64,000 nucleotides of DNA from the human T2T-CHM13v2.0 reference genome, Homo sapiens: assembly GCF_009914755.1 (NCBI RefSeq), contig NC_060942.1, one strand, 5' to 3'. The notes under the pieces were generated by a model. It was not told the origin of the DNA. It saw nothing but the letters and a program-made list of their open reading frames with translations, and ran no database searches. Every line of letters begins with the position of its first letter. Position 1 is the first letter of the stretch. Shown piece by piece: positions 41,419 to 53,470 of the stretch. The translations under genes were made by a program, and so were the position numbers.

Positions 41419-41708
41419 TTTTAAAAAATACAGTCTCACTCTGTTGCCCAGGCTGGAGTGCAGTGGTGCAATCAGGACTCACTGCAATTTTGGCCTCCTG
41501 GGCCTAAACAATCCTCCTGCCTCAGCCTCCTTAGTAGCTGAGACTACAGTTATGTGCCACCACATCCTGTTATTTTATTATTTTTTTTAATAGAGATAAG
41601 GTCTTACTATGTTGCCCGGGCTGGTCTCAAATTCCTGGGCTCAAGTGATCCTCCCAACTCAGATTCCCAAAGTGCTGAGATTACAGGTGTGAGTCATTGT
41701 GCCCAGCC
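41419..41708 (-). mobile_element. AluJ
   Basis: Diverged antisense dimer with J diagnostics (ctatgttgccc, cctgggctcaagtgatcctccc). TSD tcatacctt on both sides. Confidence 0.93.
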
Positions 41709-41709
41709 T

Positions 41710-42070
41710 CATACCTTATTTTTAATCCTTTCTCAATAGCCAGTTTTATCTTACCTGTACCTATATTTCCAAAAATTTGCCTAAATTTCCTGTGGTTGCT
41801 CAGAACTCTACAGCTCTCCTCAATTTCAAATTGTAACTTGAAATTGAACCTGAAATCTTCCTAAGATTTACCAACAGACCAGCATGATCAGTACATCCTG
41901 GTTATTTTTTGTCCTTTGGCAACCATTTGTATGCTTATTAAAACTTGTCTCCCTCTTTCATAGCAGCCTAAAATTTCTTGAAGCAAAGGCTGTCTTTCAT
42001 TCATCATGTCACTCAAACACCCTATACACACAGCTTCAGCACAGGTAAACCAGCACAGTGAGTAAACCTG
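41710..42070 (+). mobile_element. L2 3' fragments
   Basis: ttcttgaagcaaaggctgtctttcattcatc...cacacagc; pyrimidine-rich L2-like sequence upstream. Confidence 0.45.
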
Positions 42071-43179
42071 GCTCCATCTGACCCATTCTACACAATTCCT
42101 TCCCCTAGACGGAGTCTTGGTCTTCACTACTAAGGAAGCCTAACCTTGGAAATGGACCTGTGGGCAAATAAAACTGTTTTCTCTTCCAGGGATGTTTCCA
42201 TTTGAAACTTCAGCTTGATGGCCACATGAAATGTCTTTCTCACCAAATAAAGAAATAGCTAACTATGAGGGTTATTTTCTTCACCAGGGAACCTACCCGA
42301 TCTCTTTCAAGGCATTCCCTGTAGGCAGCTTCCCACTAGGCCACAAAAATCAGAGTCTGTCATGATTGATTGATCAAGAAATACCTGCCCACAGAGGGCC
42401 ACACTTCCTCTGAGGCTCAGGCACCTTTTTCAGGAGGGAAGGAATGCTAGACTCAGGGAAAGGGCTCCTGACCATGAAATGCTCAGAAAGTTGGTGTGTG
42501 CCAGGGTCAGAGCACTGCTGAGAGCGCCAGTGATCAGTACACATTCCATTTCCCTCTGTGCCCAGCACTGCCCCTTGAAGTCACTGTTCTGTCTTTTCAG
42601 AATGGAAAAAATTAGAGAATAACAAGTTGCTCAAAAGCTTCAAGTTCTTGCAAGAATGTCAATTAGGTTAGACGGTGACATAATGGAATAATGTTCATAT
42701 GGCAATTCCTTACAGCATAATGATCCCAAATAATATCACCTATTGCTACAGCCTGTGCCATGCGGGCTGCCACACATAAAGAAGCTGGCAGTGTGTGATA
42801 GGCAGTGGGAGAAGCTGAAGTTGTTACTAGGTAATGAGAAAGATGGTGTAAATACCATGTCTTGGTTTGTTGGGGAGGTGTTGCCTGTGGAGGAGGTATG
42901 CGACTCATGGGAGAGGGTGGTTTTATCTTACTAGGAGTAAAGACTCTTAATGTGTTCAACAAGGTCGATGATTTTGACTAAGATGGCATAGCCAATACAT
43001 ATTACAGAGGAAAAAAAGACTGGATAAGGCAATTGAGATAGGAAACATAAACTGGAAATGAAATACATATCAGCATAGATCAGTTCACACTTGAGTCACG
43101 CATCAAATGTTCATGGTTTAGCCTGGCACTAGTGGGTCTTGATCTACCACCACATCTCTATATGCTCTTATGAACACTC

Positions 43180-43555
43180 TTACACTTTTCAAAATCTTCT
43201 TACATACATTATCTTATTTATTAGGGGAAACAGAATGAACTGCTAATATCATTCCCACTTTAAAGATAAATAAATGGAAGGACAGAGAGATTAAACTAAC
43301 TGCTCAAGGTCACACTGATAGCAAGTGATCACATTTTGACCAATATTGACCATGATGAATGACCAAGTGTTGAACACTAACTACAGGTAATATGTTAATT
43401 CCCAACAGCCCTAGCAGATGACTAGTGACATTGTTTCTGTTTTGTAGAAAAGAAGTATACGTGGCTTGCTAATGTCACACACAGCTGGCAATGGCAGAGA
43501 TCAGGTTCAAATCTAGATATGCTTGCCTCCGGAGTCTGCAATCTTAACCACTATC
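43180..43555 (-). mobile_element. Two MIR fragments
   Basis: attcccactttaaagataaataaatggaaggacagagagattaa...caaggtcacac; ggcagagatcaggttcaaatctagat...tcttaaccacta. Confidence 0.75.
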
Positions 43556-43924
43556 CTTTCTCTCTGTAATCCAGCAATTTGCCTCCTCCTGGAAGAATCT
43601 AGTGATTCTTGCGTAGTAATTGTGATTTTTCTATTAAACCCCATCTCTTTCCACCATGGTACCTTCATTTTAATTGATTTCACTATTTGTAGCATCATCT
43701 CACACTTTTTCTGTTAGTCACTTTTAAAAAGTATTATTCCATACACCCCACCTGCCTGGTCTCACAATGCACCTGATTCTCCAGCATTATTTATATACTT
43801 CTCCCTTCCTTCTCTAGTTATTTGGAAATATTTTTAAGGCAGAAACAATGTTTTAATTTTATATTACATTTTATTGTTTTTGCATTGAAACCCAGGTCTC
43901 CCAACTCCAAATGTAATACTTTGA

Positions 43925-44165
43925 TCAAAAGCACAGGCTCTGAAGTCAGGAAGACTCAACCAAGTTCATGTTCTGACTCTGCCTCTGACTGGATGAATGA
44001 CTATGGCCAAGCTATGTGGTCTCTCTGACCCAAAAATTACTCATCTGTAAAATGGAGCTAGCCAAATCATAGATCAGATGTGAGGAATATTCTAGGTCAT
44101 GTATAAGCTATTCTACATAGTGAGTAGCAGATTTAGAAATGACTCAATAGAAACTGCTATTGGTG
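43925..44165 (+). mobile_element. MIR SINE, near full length
   Basis: aaaagcacaggctctgaagtcag...ctctgcctctgactggatgaatgac...ctcatctgtaaaatggag. Confidence 0.85.
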
Positions 44166-45432
44166 TTATCATCAGTATTAATTATAGTTATGAAAAGAAA
44201 GCTGCCAGCTTTGGAAAACTCCTAATGCTTAAAATTTCTCTGGCTTAGGAAATCTCTGGATGTTTTCTAAGAGTCTAATAAGTAGGGATGTCTCACATAT
44301 AACTCAGATGGTTTGATAAAAGCCAGTTCTTGAATATGATGCTGGAGTCAGTAGATAGATTGTCACAGCAATAATAGATATATCACAGTCAATAGAAAGC
44401 TATAAGAAATGGAAATCCAAAGTGATTGGTTATGGAAATGAAAAATTACTTTTCCCTACCTTGAAAACAGGTGATGTCTTTCAGCCATTTACTGTCATTT
44501 GAAAATGAAAATAGTACTATTTTTGTTAAAATAACTGTGACTGACCAATTCTTTTTTGTAATATGTTCAATGGGAAATTTCTTAGTTTTCTGAGACCATT
44601 CTGGGCTAATAAATTAGAAAGTTTCCAAGAGTTAGGATAAGGACTTTGAAATGTGATGACCTGTTTCAACATGAAGCTGACAGTGTAATGAATAACAGAG
44701 TTTCAGGATCCTGAAACTTTGATTGCTTTTCCTTTTCTTATTTGCTTTGTTCATCTCAGAGAAGAAAATGATCCACATTTGTAATATCACCTTATCCTGC
44801 AGTTGGACATTAAACATTTATTTTAAACATTAAAACTGCTGAGCTTGTGAGTTTATAACCCATAGATACTTCTATTTATTTATTTTTAAATTTTAATTTC
44901 TTTATGTTGAAATTGCAAAATCCAGTGAATCAAAGGAAAATGATACCTGGAAATTGTGACTTTTCATGAAGTGTAACCAAATACAGCTGGTCAGGAGAGC
45001 ATGAAGCAGGGATTTTGTTGGTGGTGCCGGCTGGAATGGCAGGGCTGAAATGTACACATTTGTTATTGGATGCTTTATGGTTTGGTTATGTTTGGATTAT
45101 GGTTTTTAAAATATCTTTGGGTTTTGAAAACCCAGAACAATGTATTCATAATCCATGGTCCATCAGCTTTATTGTGGCTTTCATTTCATAGAGAAAGAGT
45201 GGTTTTGCATTTGCAATGAATTAGCTGTTTATTTTCCCAACTCTCCCATTTCATTATAGTGATACAATTTATTCACCTAACGATAAACAAATTTTTTTCC
45301 AATTCTTGGTCAGTGATTGGATTACACTAAAGGAATTTTGTTTTCAGGGTGTTGGTGTGTATCCATAAAACAATATAAATTTTGTATTGATGAGGGAATT
45401 GCCTTTCCTATTTAATTATGATTGTGGGCCCC

Positions 45433-45465
45433 GTCTCTCTCTCTCTCTCTCTCTCAATCTCTCTC
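45433..45465. repeat. (TC)n microsatellite
   Basis: Directly visible. Confidence 0.9.
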
Positions 45466-46499
45466 AATGAATGAAATACAGAACTATTGTGAAGAGATAA
45501 TAAGCTACTAAAAAGCATTCAGTAGTTGTTACTGTTATAAATTATTCATTCCCTGTGGCTTTAGAAATAAAGTTCTTTATCTTTTCAGAGGCAGCTCAAG
45601 GGTAGAGGCATTTAGGAGATCTCTCACCGAGTAGGCAGACTGAAGATTTCTCCCTGTACTGTTATTGCTTATGTGCTCCATCTCTTAGGGCAAAGTAGTT
45701 TGCCTTTCTTCTCCCAAGATTGTTATACATGAAAATATAAAGATCATTGTATTTTGATGCATCTTCCAGGAATGCTGAGAGGTAATGAAAAGAGACAAGT
45801 ACAACCCATATGAGAGATCATTTCCTCAACTCTTTGTTAAGATAGATGCATTGTAAATGGGAACATACTGTGGTGTATTGGCAGGCAGGTCATCTGAGTC
45901 TCTGGATGTAGAGAATTACAATGTGCCTCTGTTATGTCATTTTATTTTGTACTCACATGAGCAATTGCGGGAATGCACAAGCTAACATATCAGTTATGAA
46001 AGAGCCCAAATGAGGGCCTACGGATGAATGAGTCTCCATAGCCAATAGTTGACAGTGCTTAGAGTCCTGAAGGATGATTTCATTGACTTGTTGCATCCTT
46101 CATGCAAACAAGGATTCGACAGCTGTCAAAAGGGCAGATTGGTCTCTACACTCTCCAGGGATCTATGTGAATAGTGTCTGTTTGGAGAAGTGATTAGAAA
46201 TATTAATGGGCTCTGAAAACAAATCAAAAAGCATGTACCTCTAAGACCGGGCTCCCTACAGGGTCAAATTCAGGAAAATCGGATTTTAACAATTGAATTT
46301 GTTTTGGTTCTTTTTTAAAAATTTAAGCATAATCTCTATTTTGAATGAAACTGTTATAAGAGAGAAAAGTAAGCTTTACTGAAATAGGCAGTAGGTAGGG
46401 CTGAATTTAGTATTCTGTTTTATTGTTGTTGTTTGTTATTCGCTTGCTTTGTGATTATGCCTAAATCTAGAAAGCCCAAATGAAGCATCATTCCCTTAA

Positions 46500-46916
<417 letters not shown>

Positions 46917-47089
46917 TAAAGTTTTAGATAATGCTAAAGTCAGTGAAAGAAATATTTACTGTTTTCAGAGCAAGAGGGATTGAATGGAGAGCTGTGGCCC
47001 ACAGTAGAATGGATATTTAAGAAGCATGTGGATGTTCCTGGTTAGAATGTTAATCCATAAGAGGCAAATCTAAGGGTAGAACCACAGAA

Positions 47090-47235
47090 CACTAGACCTG
47101 GAAGGATCTTAGAAATCACCTTATCCAAGTTATTTACTTTCAGAGGAAGACAGAGACATGAAAAAGAGAGAATTGCCCAAGGCCACACAATCAGGATGAA
47201 ATCATCAGGAGTAGAATTCAGGTTTCCTGGCTTTC
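47090..47235 (-). mobile_element. MIR/MIR3 fragment
   Basis: ctggaaggatcttagaaatcacc...ttgcccaaggccacaca...tagaattcaggtttcctg. Confidence 0.7.
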
Positions 47236-47405
47236 ATTGTTTTATAAATGTCTTGAAGCACTGACTTAAAAACTGAGTAAAATCCACTTATTTCAAAGAA
47301 TATTTAATAGCAAAACTTCTAAATAACCTGGTAATTACTTGCAGTTTGTTTCAATGATTTTTTTAAAAAAATGAATATTACCTATGATTATGTAAGAGTA
47401 GAGGG

Positions 47406-47633
47406 CAGTGGTTCTCAACTGGGGATGATTTTGCCCCTCCCACACCAGAGAACACTGGCAATGTCCAGAGACATTTTTGGTTGTCACAACTGGAGAGGGA
47501 GAAGGGAAAGGTACTGGGATCTAGTGAGTAAAGACCAGACTGTGTTAGACATCCTATAATGCACAGGTCAGCTCCCCACAACAAAGAATTATCCAGCCCA
47601 TAATGTCAACAGTGCCACCATTGAGAAACCATG
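47406..47633 (+). mobile_element. MER20 (hAT-Charlie MITE)
   Basis: cagtggttctcaactgggg...ggcaatgtccagagacatttttggttgtcacaactgg...aagaattatccagccc...ttgagaaacc. Confidence 0.93.
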
Positions 47634-48999
47634 GCCTAGGTGCATGAACTTTGAGGAATGCAACAGCTTACTTTGTTCTTCCCTTTTCTTTTTTTCTTAT
47701 TGATCTACCATGGTTCTAAGAAGAAATACCTATATATCACCATGGTTGATATTTGCAAAAAACTCTTGCAAAGTATGTGAACTATTGCAGATGTTTGTAA
47801 ATCCTGGATTCCAAACATGGAACCCTTGTGTACTTGTTTTCTATAGTTAACGACTGGCACTGTTCAGTGACACTCAATCAGAGCTGATGCTGGCTATGAG
47901 TACAGCATGACCATGCAAGCTGACACTGGCTGAATTCAAACCTTCTTAAGCAGATGAACATTTATATGTGGGGAGAGACCTGGAAGACAAACTGGAATCT
48001 GGAAGGGTTAGGATATTTGGCCTAGTCCTCACAGAGGGGCTATGTATGAGGCCTTCGAAGTTCACTGGTTCTGATAAACACTACAGTTTCTTGAGGGAAA
48101 TCGGATAACGCAATAATGCACTGCACCCCAAGAATTAGGCATTTTCAGACTTCATTGGTTTTCTAGAGAAGTCTGCTTAATCATTATATCCTGTTGCAAA
48201 CAAACCGCTAGACTGACAATACCACCCAATAAAAGAATAAAATTTGTCCATCTATCATTAAGATAATTGTTATTGATTAGTCTCCTTATAATTTTCTGCC
48301 TTTTGTTTTCAGATATTGGCTATAAATCACAGCCACAACAGGCACTGAGCCTGTGTTTGTGTCTATTATGTGGTCCTGATAAGGCCAGGCAGCGTTTTTC
48401 ACCTTCCTGATGCGAGTTATTGAGATTGATTGAAGCGCTTTGCTTGTCCTATCCTAGACACTGTGTAATTAATGTTTCATTATGTTAATACATGCAAATG
48501 TGAGAGTATGTGTTTGATTGGGAGGTGAGAGAACAAAAAGGATTAAAGAGTTCACTCCAAAGTACAAATTAATTTATTGCATTGCTAACTGTCCTCTGAG
48601 GAATGAGGGAGTAGGCTTCAAAATGAAAGGAAAAAAATGCACAAAGAGAAAATGCTGTTGCAAGGCTGTCTTTCAGAGGTGATGTAGTTAATGGTTACAA
48701 AACAGATATTCAGTCACATGACAGAGACCTTGCCTATGCAGTGGTTTCAGCATGTCTCCCTCTATAGTGAAAGGGTTTAGGACAGGGAAGCCAAAGAGTA
48801 TTTTCTCTTTACATATACAAGCATTTCTGCATAGACATAGTATATTAGAACCATACTATATTAATACAGTAGAGTGATCTTTCATATGTAAACAGTGATT
48901 GACTTCATGACATTATTTGAGGTGCAGCAGGAAGGAAATTTTAACCCCCAAAAAACCCACCCACAGATCTACCACAATTATATGCATATTACTGCATTT

Positions 49000-49290
49000 T
49001 CTTCCTTGTCTTCTCAGTGATAATTTTGATTATTTCCTAATATATTAATATATAATGCTCTGTGATTTACTTATTTCCTTAATGTCAGACAATCAATATG
49101 TTTCTATTTGTCTGGATTTGCTATGATAGCAAATATTTTAATGAGCACTGTTTTTGTATATACAGTAATTTTTGTTCTATTGAATTATTTTGCTGAGATA
49201 GCTTCTTAGGAGTGGAATTACTAGAGCCTAAATCTTTTTACGGCTTTCTATATGCATTGCTGTTTTAGAAAAATTCCCACTCCCAATATC
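49000..49290 (-). mobile_element. L1ME-type fragment
   Basis: tttgctatgatagcaaat...gatagcttcttaggagtggaattactag...ttcccactccca. Confidence 0.55.
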
Positions 49291-49757
49291 TAGCATAGAA
49301 ACTCAATAAATGGGTGCTGAATTTAAGGAAGCCTAGACTTCTACTAGACTATCCTAACTCTTGAGGTTGCCATATTAAGTTGTTTTAGCTAATCATTCCT
49401 TAATGTGGGTAAAAGCTACTGACTCCTCCCATACATACCCACGAAGTGATGGTATTTTGAATGGGTTTTAAAAATAAGAAGCAGAAGAAAAAGGTGGTTA
49501 GAATTTAAGACTCAGCCAGGAAGGGCAGGCTTGGATTGGAGAGAGAGTACTAATAGCACTCTAAAGTCACTGGATAACCAGGGAGAAGGGCTTTGAAAAA
49601 GTAAAGAATTCTAAAATAATCATGGATTGTGTCTTATCCACGATTTATTCACTGGAGGTATTGTAGAGCAATCATTATAAGATATTCACAACTATTATTA
49701 CGTTATGTGACTTCATTTATTGTTTATTTACTTTCATTTCTGATGATTACCTTAGAG

Positions 49758-49908
49758 CAGGGGGCAGGGTGGGAATATGTGGTCATGCCTGTTTCTTTTC
49801 CCACTGTCTATGGCTGCTTTTCTGCTACAATAACGAAGTGGAGTAGTTGGTCCATAAAGCTAAAAATAGTTAAATGGCCCTTTGCAGAAGAAAGTTTGCA
49901 GACCTCTG
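49758..49908. mobile_element. MER58-like hAT-Charlie MITE (internally deleted)
   Basis: tgtctatggctgcttttctgctacaa...tggccctttgcagaagaaagtttgcagacctctg. Confidence 0.75.
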
Positions 49909-50754
49909 ATATAGAGAAATAAATCTGTCAGAAATGGAGATTGAAGTCCAATACATTTCAAATTCATACTTATTCTTTGGGCAAATTATAATTTGTCACA
50001 TCCTCAGGCTCAGTTTTCTCCTCTCTAAAAATCAACATAACAATAATCAGGTAGTTGGAAATTAAATCATGTAATAGGTTAAAGTATTGGTTCATTTGTT
50101 CTTCCCTCTTCTGAAAGAAAAAGTTCAAAAATGTAATCAGTGTTTATCTAGTAGTTACGTTCATGCTGTCCTGATGTGTTCATTTGAAGATTCATTAGAT
50201 GTAAATTTTTGAGAGTATTTTGTATGAGTTAATAATTAATGTAACCAAAAATGCTAAGTCAATCTTCTGTAAATGTCCCCTGTTTGTAGCTACAGCCATG
50301 CTTAACTGTAGGTTGCTGATGTCAGCATTGGCTGGGAAGGTTGTCTGAACACATTTATCCATGTCAAAGCATCAAACTCACCACTATTAAGCAAAATGGC
50401 ATAGAGTTGTGAGTTAGTTACTGAATGTGATGGAGAAGGGTTCTCTCCTGTGATCCTAACTCCCATGCCTCATTCTGCCATTATTCTTCATGGTCAAGAC
50501 CAGTGGAGTTAGCAGTGTCTAAGTGTCTGCAGTCCTTTCTAACATGATTCACGTATCATTTTTCATAGTCACGTTGCAAATTGACAAGGAAGTCAATACT
50601 TTGGTGATATTTCTTGGTTCACAGTTTCCTTCAGTTAGACCCATCACATTTTTGATCATTTGGTCTCAGTTCGTTTTCAGCTGCATGTCAGTGTAACTAG
50701 TCTGCAGCCATCCCTTTCAAGTTAGTGTCAGGAGGTACACCAATAAACACCGCC

Positions 50755-51054
50755 TTTTTTTGTTTTTTGTTTGAGACAGGGTCTCACTCTGTTGCCCGAG
50801 CTGGAGTGCAGTGGCATGATCATAACACATTGCAGCCTCAGACTCCTGGAATCCAGTGATCCTCTCACCTCAGCCTCCCAAGTAGTTAGGACTAGAGCTG
50901 TGTACCACCACAACTGGCTATTTTTTAAATGTTTTTGTAAAGACATGTTCTCGCTATGTTACCTAGGGTGGTCTCAAACTCCTAGCCTCAAGCAGTCCTC
51001 CTGCCTCAGCCTCCCAAAGTGCTGGGATTACAGGTAAGAGCCACTGAATCTGGC
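50755..51054 (-). mobile_element. AluJ
   Basis: gagacagggtctcactctgttgccc...tgatcata...gcagcctc...ctcctagcctcaagcagtcctcc. Confidence 0.93.
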
Positions 51055-51337
51055 AGACATTGGCATTTTATCCACACCGAAAGAAGTTTCCATTAATGGG
51101 TAAACAACATTAAGATGAGAATGAGGCATGATTCTCTGTAATTCAAATTTAACTGAAAATCCAGAAGCATAAGAGTATATTATACATTTCAGAAATAGAA
51201 ATGTATATTCTATATTTCAATATAATTAATTCTGTTTCTAGTGCTTGACAAGATTTATCACTACCAGATAAAAATAAATATATTTCAAACTAAAGTGTAA
51301 TTATGAACATCTGTATCATCTTTAAAAGAGTAATAAG

Positions 51338-51567
51338 TAGGTGACCATATATCTTAGGTTGCCTAGAACAATTCCAGTTTATACACTTTAAAAATATATA
51401 TTATTTTTATTTTTTAAACTTCCATGGGTACATAGTAGGTGTATATATGTATGGGGTACATGAGATGTTTTGCAGTTTATACCTGTTGTCCTGGCTTAAT
51501 TATAAATCAAGTCTCCTTTCAGTATCAGAAGTGTCTGAAATATATAGTAAATTATATGATGATCCTA
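51338..51567. mobile_element. MER81 (hAT-Blackjack MITE), split by an L1 insertion
   Basis: taggtgaccatat...ccagtttatac | cctgttgtcctggcttaattat...cctttc...aagtgtc...taaattatatgatgatccta. Confidence 0.75.
51385..51472 (-). mobile_element. Very short L1MA-type 3' tip
   Basis: tgggtacatagtaggtgtatatatgtatggggtacatgagatgttttg. TSD cagtttatac at 51375-51384 and 51473-51482. Confidence 0.85.
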
Positions 51568-52642
51568 GCGATCACTCTAGTGATTAGCTTGAAATTAGTC
51601 AAAAGCAAAATGCACAATGTCATAATTAGCCTGTCCCCGTATCATACACGTTTTTTTGTTAAATTATACTTTATTTGACATTGTTGGCAAAAAATGATTG
51701 GCATGCTGATGTTCAACAGCAATCTCATCTAAAAGCTACTTTTAAAACCTTGGCTGACTATGTTACTGACTCTATATATAGGAGATGTTATCTTGTATCC
51801 AGGTGGGTATCCATGAATGCCTTTAATCTGCAGAGTCTGAGTTTCTCTGGCCCTGCATCCCCATAAGTAAGGTTTGAGGCCTGCAGCTAGCAATCCAAGC
51901 TTTAGACCCAGTGGAAAGTAATTACTCAAGGAAGTAAAAAATGTTCACTCCTTTTCCTTTATCCTCTTTAGTTCATTAAGTATGTTAAAGATGGAAAGAT
52001 ATTCTCCTTCTCTGAGACTAACAATGTTCAATACTTAAAAAAAGTTACCATTATCTATTATGTATTCAGCACTGCTAAACCCAAACAGGCAAAGGGATTT
52101 AAGCAGAATTGTAGGCATAGTTCTTAACTTTGAGAGTAGTAAATAAGATATAAATATATGTGGTAGATCAATAAACATTTTCTGGGTGACATAAATGTTT
52201 GAAAGCCCTGATACTTGTAAATTCTTATAAGAAAATGCCTTGTTTCTTCATAGATTCCATTATATGTAATAAATCCAGGCTTTTGATAATTCAGATATAG
52301 CCCTGAGGAGAAAATAAAGGTTTTCTAATTTTGTATTACTCTTTTAAAGATGATACAGATGTTCTAATTTTGTATCCTTCTCCACCATCAGCTCCCTCCA
52401 TGTCAGACACTCAGGGTCTTCTGATTTGTTGCTGGAAGAACAGAGAAACTGTCTTCATGGAGACCTTCCCCAGGAATTCCCTTGACCACCCTGCCAACAC
52501 TCTGTGTTAACCCTAGGCTCATCCCTCCAGGGCTCACTGGTTGCCAACATCAGTAGTATGATAAGCCATTTTACACCAAGTTATTTGGGATATCATAGAA
52601 TCACTTACTTTGTCCCTCTTCCCAGATTATATATTTACATGA

Positions 52643-53149
52643 TGTATTAGGGTTCTCTAAAGAGACAGAACTAACGGGATAGATGAATATATGAAGGGGA
52701 ATTTACCAGGAGAATTGACTCACATGACCACGAGGTGAAGTCGCACAATAGGCCATCTGCAGTCTGAGAAGCCAGGAAGCCAGTCTGAGTCCCAAAACCT
52801 CCAAAAGTAGGGAAGCTGAGAGTGCAGCCTTCAGTCTATGGCTGAAGGTTCAAGAGGCTGTGGCAAATCACTGGTATAAGTCCAAAAGTCCAAAAGCTGA
52901 TGAACTTGGGGTCTGATGTTCAGGGGCAGGAAGCATCCAGCATGGGAGAAGGATGGAGGCTGGAAGACTCCATCTTTTTATGCTGGCAGCTGATTAGATG
53001 GTGCCCAGCCAGATTGAGGGTGGGTCTGCCTCTCTCAGTCTACTGACTCAAATGTTAATCTCCTTGGGCAACAACCTTACAGATGAACCAGGAACAATAC
53101 TTTGCATACTTCAATTCAATCAAGTTGACACTCAGTATTAACAATCACA
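52643..53149 (-). mobile_element. ERVL solo LTR MLT2A (MLT2A2-like)
   Basis: tgtattagggttctct...gacagaacta...caatcaagttgacactcagtattaacaatcaca. Perfect 5-bp TSD catga at 52638-52642 and 53150-53154. Confidence 0.95.
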
Positions 53150-53339
53150 CATGACAAAGAGGTTTCAATACCAAACACTCCATGAGGATTTTCCAGAATC
53201 ACAGTAGCTAAGAGGCAGTCTATATCAAATATTTCAATTAATATTGTGTGATTCTGTTTATTCCATCTCTGAGCTGGTTTGGCCCTACTTCTTTGCTTAA
53301 ACAGTGTGAGAAAAAGAAATAACATATATAAGCAGAAAG

Positions 53340-53470
53340 GTGATCTAGAATTAATCCTACACAGGAATTCAGACATTGACATTTTGTTACTAGGTCCTCT
53401 TCTGAGCTGTGTCACCTTGGTCAGGACAGTTAACCTCTCTGGGTCTTTGTCCCTACCTGCAAAATAAAGT
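53340..53470 (+). mobile_element. MIR fragment
   Basis: agctgtgtcaccttggtcaggacagttaacctctctgggtct. Confidence 0.65.
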
